DNA from: Syncephalis fuscata S228
Taxonomy: Eukaryota; Fungi; Zoopagomycota
NCBI GenBank assembly: GCA_025786725.1
Contig: JAHLTZ010000001.1
Coordinates: forward strand, 806,001-870,000
Direction of reading: 5' to 3'
DNA length: 64,000 nucleotides
The position numbers and the translations under genes are program-made. The notes beneath the pieces are model-generated. The model saw only the letters and a program-made list of their open reading frames with translations, was not told the origin of the DNA and searched no databases. Below are positions 47,747 to 59,782 of this stretch, piece after piece (the first letter of the stretch is position 1; every line of letters begins with the position of its first letter).

Positions 47747-49194
47747 ATGAGCGATACACTTGAACCACAGGCCGATAAGTTTACGAATGGGCTCGGTGCC
47801 TACCGAACACCCGCAAGTAGTCGAGACCCAGTACACCCGCCTTTGAATCATCCTGCCACGCCCTCATCTACTGGTAAGTTATAATGGGCGCCATATGATT
47901 GGTGAATGGTCATTTTATTAATCTATTTATATATCCTATATTCGTATTTACGTATTTTATAGCCACGTCACCTGTATCCAATGCTGCGGGTAGATCGATT
48001 GATAAAATGGATGTCTCCCTTCGAGATATATTAGAACGATATACACATAATGACGAGATACTATGTCTTGTTCTTACGGCAAAAATCGAAGAAGACAAGG
48101 TAAATACATCTGGTGTAGTTGTTCTAGTCGTTAATAGTCCAATCATTGTAGCGACATGCAGCTCAAGCCAATGCAAAGGCTGAACAAGCAAAATTAGATT
48201 GCCGACGGGCCGAATTAGAATTGTTACAACGACAAAAGTCACCGAGTAAGTAATTATAAACTATAATAGTTATGGTAGCTATAATAATTTGTAACAACTA
48301 TTAGGTGGCGGTAATAACACTTTACCTATTTCACGTATGGCTCGAGCTTCGAGTGATTATTATTTATTACGATCAAACTCAAGTTTATCACATTCAGATG
48401 GTAAACGGCCATCATTGGCTGAGCATAGAAATACTTTATCTTCAAGCTATTTAAATTCACATATAGCTCATAATGGATCCGACAACGATGCTGCCTATAG
48501 TCGTAGTCATAATGCTTCCTCTCCATCCTCTTCCGCTGCTTCTTTACCAGCCACGACTGCTGCTGCTGCTGCTGCCACCACGACTGCCACTTCAAGTTAT
48601 ATGATACCTTCATTTACCGACTGTTTAGCCTTTTCGCCTGCTGATATGACGCATATGCCACCGCTACCGTTACCTAATGCTGATAAAATGGAACATCGAT
48701 CAACAAGCTTAACAGAGGCATCCGCAAGAGCAATATCCAATAACGGCGGTGGTAATGGTATAGGCTCGCATAACCTTAGTCGTAGTCGTTCAGCTTATTC
48801 AAATGCTAGCAAGTATGCTACACCCTATATGAATGGACATAGTAGTCATAACCATAATAGCAGCAACAGTAACAGCAATAACAATATCGAAAAGCATAGT
48901 ATGGACGATAGTGAGATCTGTCTAACACCAACGACGCTTAAGCGACGTCAGCACGAAGAAGCTATGCGTACAGTACGTGAACGTGTTCTATCAAAGCGTC
49001 GCGCTATGAGTATGCATGATAGACCTGCACCCAAAATGCGTGCCAGCCATGATGTATTAAGGACACATCATCCACGGGACAGATCTCCACCAAATCATCA
49101 ATTAGCCAATCATTCATTTGTATCCATGGATAACCGCAATTTAACATTGCCACCACTTTCAACTACACAACATGCACTACACCGTGCCACATAG
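47747..49194 (+). CDS. Hypothetical low-complexity protein with short conserved-looking helical motif
   Basis: Spliced exons. LRDILERYTHNDEILCLVLTAKIEEDK/RHAAQ..AEQAKL helix; C-terminal basic helix KRRQHEEAMRTVRERVLSKRR; Ser/His/Asn-rich. Confidence 0.7.
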
Positions 49195-49539
49195 TCATTA
49201 TTATTATTAAGATAATGACTATAATGACTGTTACGATTATACTGCACATTCCTTATTAAGAAATGTTATCTTTTTTATTCATTTGTTTCGTTTTTCCGTT
49301 TTCTCAACGGGCAGTATTTAGTATGACTGCTGTACTATTCCTATTGGTATATTGTTATGTTTACAATAAACTTTTTACATCTTTTAGTAATATTAATACT
49401 GCTGATATTAATATGGATGCGCATATTTAGTCATTTATTGCGCTTCCTTAATAGGTAGTTAAAATGCCTATTATAGCTGTATAATTATATAGATTGCTGT
49501 ATTATACTAATGATTATAGCAAATACACGATTGTTTATA

Positions 49540-50532
49540 CTAATTGAGACTAGCATAATATCTTTCATTATATGGATCATTAATGGTTACATTAGAGGCA
49601 GCCAGTAATATAGGCGTTTCTAATTCCATATTTCTAGATTGGAGTAGTGCTTGTAGATCGTTGGTTCTACCGGCGGAATCTGGCCATGTATTATCGGGAT
49701 AGCAGCATAGCATAGCTCGACGCGTATGTAGAAAGTCTGTCAAGTAGGCGCGTTCAGATCTTTGACCACGCTGCCCGGTAAGATTAATGATTCTTTGGAT
49801 ATTAATATCCGGCTCTGTAAGATGCCAACCATGTTGCACGATTGTATCGTAAAATATAGTGATACCCAGCGCTGATTGAATATTAAGACGGTGGGCAAAT
49901 CGAAGGGCTGGTTCAAAGTACATTTCACGCGCTAGTTTTAGTTGAGCATTGCGAAAGACCGCATCGTTCTGCGCTGTTCTACGCCAGGCATTAGGAAAGC
50001 CATTTAGTTTATTGACACTGCTACGCTGTGTATCACATGGATCGAGCGAGGCAAGACGTCGTAGTTCAGGTATGTAAGAGGCAAATGGATTATTGTCGTC
50101 AAGTCGTTGTCGATTGTATCGTTCAATGACCATTAGTGCATCGCCGGTGGCAGTGGTAAATCCAACCACACCGGCCGTAAAGCCGCGTTTATCATTAAGA
50201 TTCTCTATATAGTCATAATGAGGTCGGTCATCGCCATTCTCAAATGCACTTGTTATACGTCGAGCCACCATGGCTGTGTATTCGCTTGCATCGGCCATTG
50301 GCCAGTGGTCAGTATCGGGGAACTCGCCAACGACCGATTCTGAGTATGAGTTTGCACAGCTATTTGAGCTTTTCTTTAAACGTGAAAACTTAAACGCCGA
50401 ACATAAATCATTATCAGGTAGATAATTCCCCGAGCAGTAACGCCATGCGCCATCAACCATACAACAACAAGCTGTAATGATCAATACAATACTTAATAAA
50501 TGATAATACACCGCGAACAACATTGTATTCAA
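49540..50532 (-). CDS. Secreted GH46 chitosanase, intronless
   Basis: Signal peptide; ITSAFEN (catalytic Glu), YDYIENLNDKRGFTAGVVGFTTATGD (catalytic Asp), YFEPA, FYDTIVQHG, ERAYLTDFLHTR. Confidence 0.92.
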   Translation of the reverse strand: MNTMLFAVYYHLLSIVLIITACCCMVDGAWRYCSGNYLPDNDLCSAFKFSRLKKSSNSCANSYSESVVGEFPDTDHWPMADASEYTAMVARRITSAFENGDDRPHYDYIENLNDKRGFTAGVVGFTTATGDALMVIERYNRQRLDDNNPFASYIPELRRLASLDPCDTQRSSVNKLNGFPNAWRRTAQNDAVFRNAQLKLAREMYFEPALRFAHRLNIQSALGITIFYDTIVQHGWHLTEPDINIQRIINLTGQRGQRSERAYLTDFLHTRRAMLCCYPDNTWPDSAGRTNDLQALLQSRNMELETPILLAASNVTINDPYNERYYASLN

Positions 50533-50796
50533 CTAGTTAGTGAGTATGCGAGTACTTGTTCTATTCGTAAGCAAAACTGTCTTTATTTAAAGCTCAAGTA
50601 TGAATCAACGCTTGCTTGTGTTCCACCTGACTATGTCAGTGGTCCGATCCATCATAATCGATTTATAACTGGCACAAATGTGTATTATATACACAAAAAG
50701 ATAACACATAAGTAATTAGTTTTAATTTGACCACTAATACATTATTGTTATTATCAACTACCATTATTATTACATTTTGTTTGTTATTATCAATTG

Positions 50797-51921
50797 TTAT
50801 TGTACATCTGTGTTACGTGAATATCCAGGTGTGCCAACATGTTCACTATGCATCTCATCATCTAATTCCTCATCGGCCTTGCCATCAACACCGTCGTCGT
50901 TCATTTCACTATCTTCGATAAGACGTGTTTCTGTCTTGTTGTTCTTGTCTAATCCCAGACTTTTAACCATAGGCTGAACCATCTAATACCATTATCATAT
51001 AAGTATTTATTAGTATTAGCACTATTATAATTATTTACCTTGGCAAATGCTTCAAATTGGTCATCAACCTGGCGTAATTCTTCACCACGCTTTTTATTTT
51101 CATATAGAAATTCTTGTCTCTGCTTTAATAGTTCATTTTCTTGTTCTTTCAATCTAATCAATATTACTAATCAGTTCCTATACTAACATATAATCATATA
51201 ATCATATAATAACAATACCTTTCTCGTTCTTGTAATTCAAACTGTAATCGATTCAACATTAATGTATGGGCATCAACACTGGTTGTGCAAAGTTCTTCAG
51301 ATGCCTTTTCCATAAATTCTTCTTGTGTATACATATCTACTTCAGTATATAGATATCTATTTAACAAATATAATTATATGTATTTGTTGTTGTTGTTATT
51401 ATTATTATTATTATTACTATCAAACATAGTCTTTTCTTTGTAGCTTACTCTCTTTCGCGACATTTGCGAATCTCTTCACGTAAATGTGTCTGTTCGTATA
51501 GCAAGTTTTGTAAATCTAAATGCTGCTTTTCAAGATTGTCTCGAAATGTTGTGGCATAAGCTTTGGCATCTCGTCCATTAAAATAGGCTGTGCGATTGAA
51601 TTGCTTCAATTTAGCTACCATGCCGAGACCAAGTGAAATCGTACGTTCACGATCAACTCTCTAATAGTTCAATGTTACATACACGTCCATGGATCGTTAG
51701 ATTCTTGTTTCTATGCCGCAAGCCATAACTATCCCCTTCACTACTAGCAATCGTTAACTTGCCTGATGAGTGTTGGTACCACTAAGTTCCGCCGTGTATG
51801 CACCATCAACTAGACCTTTAAGTTTATGGCATGCATCAATAATACGATCAAGATGAGCTTGTGCTGCATCTAGATTAGCACCAGGTATTTCCTGAACCAT
51901 TGCTGTAGATTCCGATGCCAT
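50797..51921 (-). CDS. THO complex subunit 5-like (FmiP/Thoc5), short form
   Basis: LKQFNR, HLDLQNLLYEQTHLREEIRKC, HTLMLNRLQFELQERERL; multi-exon. Confidence 0.8.
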
Positions 51922-52319
51922 ATTATACTGATGTAGTGTAAAAGTCGCGGTCAATAAATAAAAAGGCAACGAGGAAGAAGCGTTAAGATGAATCTATATT
52001 TAAAATAAACTGTCGTTTTCTAAATCATGATAGTTTTGACAACATGACGTCGTTTAAAAATCACGTACTATTTCTAGTGTTGTAGTTATTGGTTCGGTAA
52101 AAGGGGGCAGTCCAATAATGAGTATATTAATTATAAAGGGGAAATACTACTTGACCATAGCTAGGATGGGACATGGTTAAGCTGTACAAAGTTGTAGAGA
52201 ATATCGCCACTTTGTCGTAGTTTATTAGCCATTTCATTATTATTTACAAAGCATTGTTATTATTATTATCGATAACTGGTCCGGTTAAATGTTACGCACG
52301 CCTTACACGGCAACTATTC

Positions 52320-54686
52320 ATGGCAATGCAAACAAACGATAATATAATTGATCAATCAGAGGAACGTGTTACCATTTATCCACTACATCCACGACCCGGT
52401 GCTATTAGAGAAATTAGTCGAAGTTCAAAGCTATTTGCTTTAATGAAAGAGGATGGTCTTTCGGATGTCGTTGTTACGCGTGGCACATTGAATGGATTGC
52501 GTGGTCGATATCTCACCTCACTAGCCAATATGCCCAGGGCCAATGAGGAGAGAACAGCAGCGTCAACATGGCCAGTTGAAGCGGTAGAGATGTTATCGAA
52601 TACACTGCGTGAACAACAACAACACGAATCAACACGACCCGTCCATCGATCATGGCGTCGTTCCATAAGAAGATCCTGCTTCCATTGGCGTAAGTGACTA
52701 CGAATATATTTAGTATTACAAGTGGGCGGTTAATTAATAGTTTGTGTAATTAGGCCAGCGTATTTTATTCGGTAGTTTAGCGTTAATTGTTCAAGCTGCA
52801 TTATTCTATTTTGCGTGGACTGATACCACATTTCGTAGACGATATCATGGTGCACTTGAATTCTATGGCCCTACCTCGCTTATACTCGCCCGTTCTGCTG
52901 CCAGTGTTATTAATGTACAAATGGGCATATTGTTATTTACGTTGTGTCGTATTACAATCACGTATTTACGTAAAATTATTCCAAATCGAATTATTCCACT
53001 TGATAATATTCATGTAGCACACCGTGTTCTTGCCTGGTCGATTATGGCTATGACACTAGTTCATATCATCGGTCACTATTGGAGTATATACAATGTCCGT
53101 CGGTTAATCGCCACCACACATAGAGACAATCATCGTGGTCATAATGGCTATAATAGTCATAATAATAGCAATGACGACACATTGATGCAAATTCTATTAC
53201 ATCCAGCTAGTTTAACTGGACATGCTATGCTTATTATCATCCTATTAATGGCCTTTACGTCATTTGGTAAGCCATACTATTTCATACTACAGTTCACAAA
53301 TGCTAATCTAACTGTAATGAAGCGTATGTAAGAAAGCGCAATTATGAAATGTTTTCCTATACACATCAATTATACATGGCATTTATACCACTGCTTTTAT
53401 TACATGGCGCATTTTGTTTTCTTAAAAGCGACCAGAAACCTGAATGCTCAACAATGGGCGGTACATTTTGGCATTATGGTCTACCCGGACTTGTTTGGTA
53501 TATTGGTGAACGTATTTACATTGCCGTTTATCATAGCCGTTCTACAACCATCCTTGGTGTCTATGAACATCCATCACAAGTGATTGAAATACATGTGGCA
53601 CGACCGCCTAATTTCCATTATGGTACTGGTCAATGGGCCTATCTCTCTGTAGCTGAGGCAAGTCCATGGCAGAAACATCCATTTACGATTACATCGGCGC
53701 CGGAGGAAAAGGACCATATTTGTTTTCATATTCGGGTTGTTGGCGACTGGACACAACGATTGGCTGCTCAATTGAACTGCTCACTCGATATAACAAGTCC
53801 ATTCTCGGCACTTTTACGATCCCAGGCCACCAGTACAAATAACAGTAGTGCTGTTAGTAATAATGGTATTAGCAATACAGCATTAATGCCACCCATTCAA
53901 ATCGATGGCCCTTATGGTGCCGTATGTGATCATGTACTCGATTACAAAGTGGCAGTGCTTGTGGCTGGTGGTATTGGTGTAACACCATTTGTCTCGACAC
54001 TTAAAAGTATTTGGTAATAATCAACATGTATAATATAGCAATACTAATTCAATTGTAGGCTTCAATGGACAAATGCCTCCCATGAAATGAAATTGAAAAA
54101 AGTGTATTTTATTTGGATTTGCCGTGATTTCAAGGTAAAACTAGTCATTATTATTATTATTATTATTCATTAGTATTGACATTGATGATAGGCATTTGAA
54201 TGGTTTTACGACTTGTTGGCCACTTTAGAAGATGGCCGTATAAGCTCGCTATTATCAATGCGTATCTATGTTACTGGACAGTTAGATTTAGAGCAGATTT
54301 GGAATGTGGCTATGCGAGCCGGTCATAATGAAGATGCTCTAACCGGCTGGCACATGCCCACCTTCTATGGTCGACCTAATTTCAATGTTCTATTTCATGA
54401 CCTTACCGAATCACATCCTCAGACAGATATTGGTCTATTTTGTTGTGGCCCTCACTCACTTACTGCCACACTACGCCGTCACTGCCAACGCTACACATTG
54501 GCCAAAGGATCAGGCACGCGATTTTATTTTCACAAAGGTAAAAGAAATGAAAATGAATTGATTTTGGATACACACACTTTTGTGCGTTAAACAATAACTA
54601 CTAACACTGTTGTTATTGTTATTGCTGTTGTTATTACTACTGCTTCATTGTATGATTTCTATATGTCTCTAGAACATTTCAACTAG
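52320..54686 (+). CDS. NADPH oxidase (gp91phox-type, no EF-hands, N-terminal extension)
   Basis: ARSAA, CRITIT, heme His in AHR..HIIGH and YTHQL..LHG, HPFTITSAPE, GDWT, IDGPYG, GGIGVTPF, YFIWICRD, GRPNF, FCCGP; ends FHKEHFN*. Confidence 0.93.
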
Positions 54687-54700
54687 TCTCGTTCGTTCCA

Positions 54701-55724
54701 TTAATGGTTAATGTGCTTTAACGCATCTGAAAATTCGTGGGCAATACGTTGCATTGCACGGTTATTGGCTATTATTAATATGTAAGTAGGTTATTAACAA
54801 TACAATAATAGTATATTGATACTTACCTATAATAGGCAGAATTGTTTGTAGTAGTTCGTGCTTCTTTAATCCCTAAAATAAATGTTAATAATAAATATTA
54901 CAATTCTATTTTATTAATTACACAAATGGTTGGTTCCCAGGATGAATCTGTTTTAGCTGTTGTTGTCTTGGATGTATCATTCATAGTCGTTGTGGTAATC
55001 GTGAAATCCACAGCCATTCTATTATAGTCAATTAATTAACCAATTATAATATAATATAATATAATATAATATAATATAATAACTTACGGATAAGAGGGTC
55101 CTAATAAATCTCTGCATAATTCTTCTGTCTTATCAATTAAACTATCATTGGTCAATCGACGTACGTATTTCAATAACCAACGTTGATATTCTTCGGGTGA
55201 TGCAAGTAATTCAGCACTCGTTAATTGAGACTATTTAGCAATCAACATTAATATACTTATGCACTTTTATCAATATATCTATTTACCTCTAAATGATCAA
55301 TTGATAGTAATGCTTGTTGTTGTTGTTCCGATCGTAATTGATCACTACGTTGAACACGTCCATGATCAGTACAAGTACGTTCAGCGATAATCTGAGCCAC
55401 AGTTAATGGACCTCCGCCATGTACATCAGGATTCAATGCAGTGGCCACTGGTGCAAAATACTCTGATGCTGCATACCACGCATCAACAATACGTGACCAT
55501 GTCTTCATATTTTGATCATAGGCAAATGCACAGCCATTTGATGTACATAATACAGGTGTGCCATTAGCATGCACACAAGCATCAGTAATAGTAACACCAT
55601 TACTGAGTGTATCAGATGAATTAGCTGTTGTAGCTGATTCTTTGTATAAAATGGCGGCAATGGATTCATTCGACAAAATAGCCAGACGTTCTTTAATATC
55701 CCTGTAACAACATTAGATATCTAC

Positions 55725-55759
<35 letters not shown>

Positions 55760-58700
55760 GATTTATACTTACCAGATAGATAATTGGCCAACTGATGTTA
55801 AACATAGTAAATATCGACCATTACAATCAAGAAACGATGCCGGCGCATTTAAACAAAGACATGGAAATAGTCTATTAATTATAAATGTTATCAATATGTA
55901 TATATGTATAATATAATATATATGACACTTTTGATAACTTACCGCCGTCCATTGGGCGAGAATACATGAATAGTGCCATCTTCACAAGCCGCAGCACTAA
56001 ATATAGAACTGGCCACCAATAGAAGAGTAGAACTGGATAGTAATTGTTTCCATAGTATTTTACCTTGACGTGAACATATAATATGAGATGCACCTATAAC
56101 AATAACAACCGTCAATTATCCATTATTTATTAATTCATAAACCTACCACTTTGATTGGGTATTGAATTATGACACTCAAATACTAAAGACTGGTCACTGA
56201 CCCGACTACGAGAGAATACTGAATGAACCTTGGGTATGCTTAGACGAATAGATGATACCGCCAATTCAGGTGCCAAGAATGTGGCCCGTGTCTAATAAGT
56301 ATAATTAATATGTCATTATTAACAATAGTGACTACTTACCTCAATAGAATGGGTTGAGGTCATTTTACTTGGACCTTGATTTGCCGCATCACGGACATCT
56401 GATACCGATCGTTTCCGCCCCACTACAACCGTCTCTAATCCACTTAATGGCATAGCCCGTGAAGGAGGAGCAAGCTCCATGGCATGGTCCATAGCCATTG
56501 AATGTATAGATGATGTATTCTATTGATATATCGTTATTAATAACTATTAAATACTAAACAGTGTAGTATTACCCGGAATCCTGGTGTAGGCGGTGTAGGT
56601 GTAGGCGGTGCTGATGGAAATGAATGCATCGGTGCAGTATGTGATGCTGTTGTTGTTAGTCTATTGAATACATTTATTATAATAACTATATCAACAATAT
56701 ATTAATAATAGTTACCCTCTAATGAACTGTGGCTGGATACGTCGTCTACCATCTGCAGTAATAGTTACTCGTTGTGGCTGTGTTGGCGCAGTAGTAGTAT
56801 CTTGTCCACTATGCGTGGATACCATGGTTGTTATAGTATCTACTGCTTTACTCTGTAATGGTGGCACTGATCCACTACTAACTGATTCTTTATCATTTAT
56901 TGTGGATCTGCCCATAAGCATAGCAAGTCGATTAGATGACTGTGTGGCTTGAGTAACTGCATGTTCTTGTTCCATTTCTAATTGTTCTGGTGTTTCGGCT
57001 AATTGAATTGATTTCACTTGTAATCCAAGACTTGAGAAATGTGCCTCCTAATTAAATAATAATAATAATAATAATAATAATACATTCAATCAGTCAGTCA
57101 TATATATCTATATATATATATAATAGTTGTTACTTGTTCATGATTGGTAAGCGGTTCTCCTAATTCTTGTTCATTCATTTGAATAACAGCAACTGTTCCA
57201 TCTAATGAACAAGCATAGACTACACAGCCATCTTTCGACCTATTCATTATAACATATCAAATAGTCGGTTATCTAGTTGTTATTCATTTAAATCATCCTA
57301 TTACCAGGCAATATCCAAAACACCTTGTGTGAATATGTCATGCGCTACTAATAAAGATCTTGATCGAGCAGTTAACCAAAATGATACTGAATGATCTTGA
57401 CTGCCTACAGCACAAAGTGCACCAATTTGACCTGATTGCTGTACTAATGAATCATCATCTTTAGATACTGGTAGACGGAAGAGTCGTGGATTAAATCGCT
57501 ATTATAATGAGTATTAAATAATTAGTAACTAATCAGATCCATTAGTATTTACATACTACTACTTCAACTGCTGCATCATGTCCAATAAAATGAACATCAT
57601 TCTTCCAAGTATCTCTATGAATGACCGCAGCTGATGCAACCCCTTTGTTAGAAGCATTGGCCGTCACTAATTGGACACCATCTGGTGACCAGCTGTATGT
57701 CAATATTATACAATTAGTTATGGGACCATTATCTATCATATACTCCGTACCTTGGTCGACAAAAGAATGTTGTCGATGTCGATTTTGTATACGGTGCAGT
57801 AATTGTCTTTTCTATTTGCCAGTCATGAACACGCCATACAATTGCTGACTTGTCATCCGACTTGTATTATTGTAAATATAATGCCGATATTGTATATATT
57901 ATGATTACTATACATATACTTACTTGTGTGGCCAAGTATTTACCCATAGGATCCCATGCTATTCCCTTAACAAATCCTTGATGTTGTTCAAGTTTCTTAA
58001 TCATTTCTGTATGAATATAATGCTACTGATTAATATCAAGTGACTAAGTAATTGAAATGACAATATGAATAGTTACCAAATGTCTGTCCATTCCATATAA
58101 TCACCTTACTATCAAGGCCACATGATGCAAGATATTGATTATCTGGAGACCAGGCTAGATCAGCCACATCTACCAAATAATACAACAGGGTTATTACTAG
58201 CTAATTGATTGGATACAATAAACAATTTAATACCTGATTCATGGCCAACAAGTCGTTTAATTGCCTTCCAATTTTCAAGGTTCTGTGCTCCATCTAAACT
58301 ACCAAATACCCCTGCCCATACTATCAGGAGACCTATATATATATAAAGTATTGTTATGCTGTTCTTATCTAACATGATAGCAGTAGTAGCCCTAGTAATA
58401 GTTACTATTACCGCTAATGAATGCAACTTACGTGTCAAGCATCCAAATAACAATGATTTTATCATCTGACCCGGTGGCTAAATACTGGCCATTTTTACTA
58501 GACCATTTAACACATAATACAGCACCTAAAGTGCATTTATCATGTTAATAAATACATACAATATATTCTGTATTAACAAGTAGATTACCGTCATGAAGTG
58601 CTAACGTGCAAAGAAGTGCACCAGGTGGTTCTGGTACACGGCTATGCTTAAGTATTACTTCAGTGCTCCATATTTTCACTTTGGTATCTAAAGCGGTAAT

Positions 58701-58932
58701 ATGTTAACAAAGCGTAATCGCCAGTATTATAAAAAGCAGCCTACCAAGACCACCAGTAACAAGACGAGACCCGTCTGGATGAACGTCTAACGAAAATATA
58801 TTTACTTTACGTTGACGTTCATCTATTAACCGTGATTATAGAGTGCATATAGCGAGGTTATTCTAAAGATTGCGTTCAAATAAGAACCAACTTACCAAGA
58901 TGGCCAATCCACGCCGGCTTTGATATATGCAT
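54701..58932 (-). CDS. HIR1: Histone chaperone HIRA/Hir1 (WD40, B-domain and Hira domain)
   Basis: MHISKPAWIGH, IFSLDVHPDGSRLVTGG, ENWKAIKRLVGH, FVKGIAWDPMGKYLATQ, SWSPDG, TADGRRRIQP (B-domain), EEYQRWLLKYVRRL; many exons. Confidence 0.95.
55725..55759. repeat. (ATCT)n microsatellite in a HIRA intron
   Basis: atctatctatct... perfect run. Confidence 0.9.
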
Positions 58933-59782
58933 TCTACCACTATAACACTAGTAGTAAGAGTACGAGTACTAATAATATTGGATCGGTAAAGTAATTTGAA
59001 AAGATAAAAAGAATCCGGTTATGTTATGCCAAGGATAACAAACAAACAAACAAACAAACAAACGCAATGACAACAACAAATACACGTCGTCGTCTAATGT
59101 GGCCAATTGAAAAGTATTCAGTATAAATCGGAGATTGATCACGTCAGGTATTAAATAATAGTTTGTATTAATAAAAAACTATAACTATTTTAAACTTTTA
59201 AACTTTCATTAATAACAAAGCACCAACTACGTATATATAAAGTCTAATATTGTAAATGATTACGTATTTTTACTTACTGACTTTAATGTGCAATAATATT
59301 TATACTTTAATGACTTTGCTATGTAATACTATTACAACTTTATAACATGACCCCTCATTGTGTGAATATGCATTGTTAGACTATTTATATAATAAAACAA
59401 TTTTGAAACATCGTTGTACATTGAGAGTTGGAGATAAATACTATTCATGCATTAGTTTCAATAAATTAGTTAAGCTATATTGCAGCAACAAAGAAAATGT
59501 TGCTAAACGTGCAGCAATATGCATGTCCGAACAGTTGCTGCTGCTGTTACTTATTGTTACTGTCACCTTTGCCAATTCCAAGTCATTGTGCGCCCAGTCG
59601 GGCATGTTCTGTTTCAGGCCCCCATTTACCATTTGCCATTACATTTGCCATTGACCATTGATCCTCGTGTTCAATACCATCGATTTTGTTGTTAAATTTA
59701 CGTTAACTTTTCTATTTCGCTGCACTTGATTTTCTATACTATTTTTTGTGCTCTACTATTTTATTCATATTGGTGAACCAGT

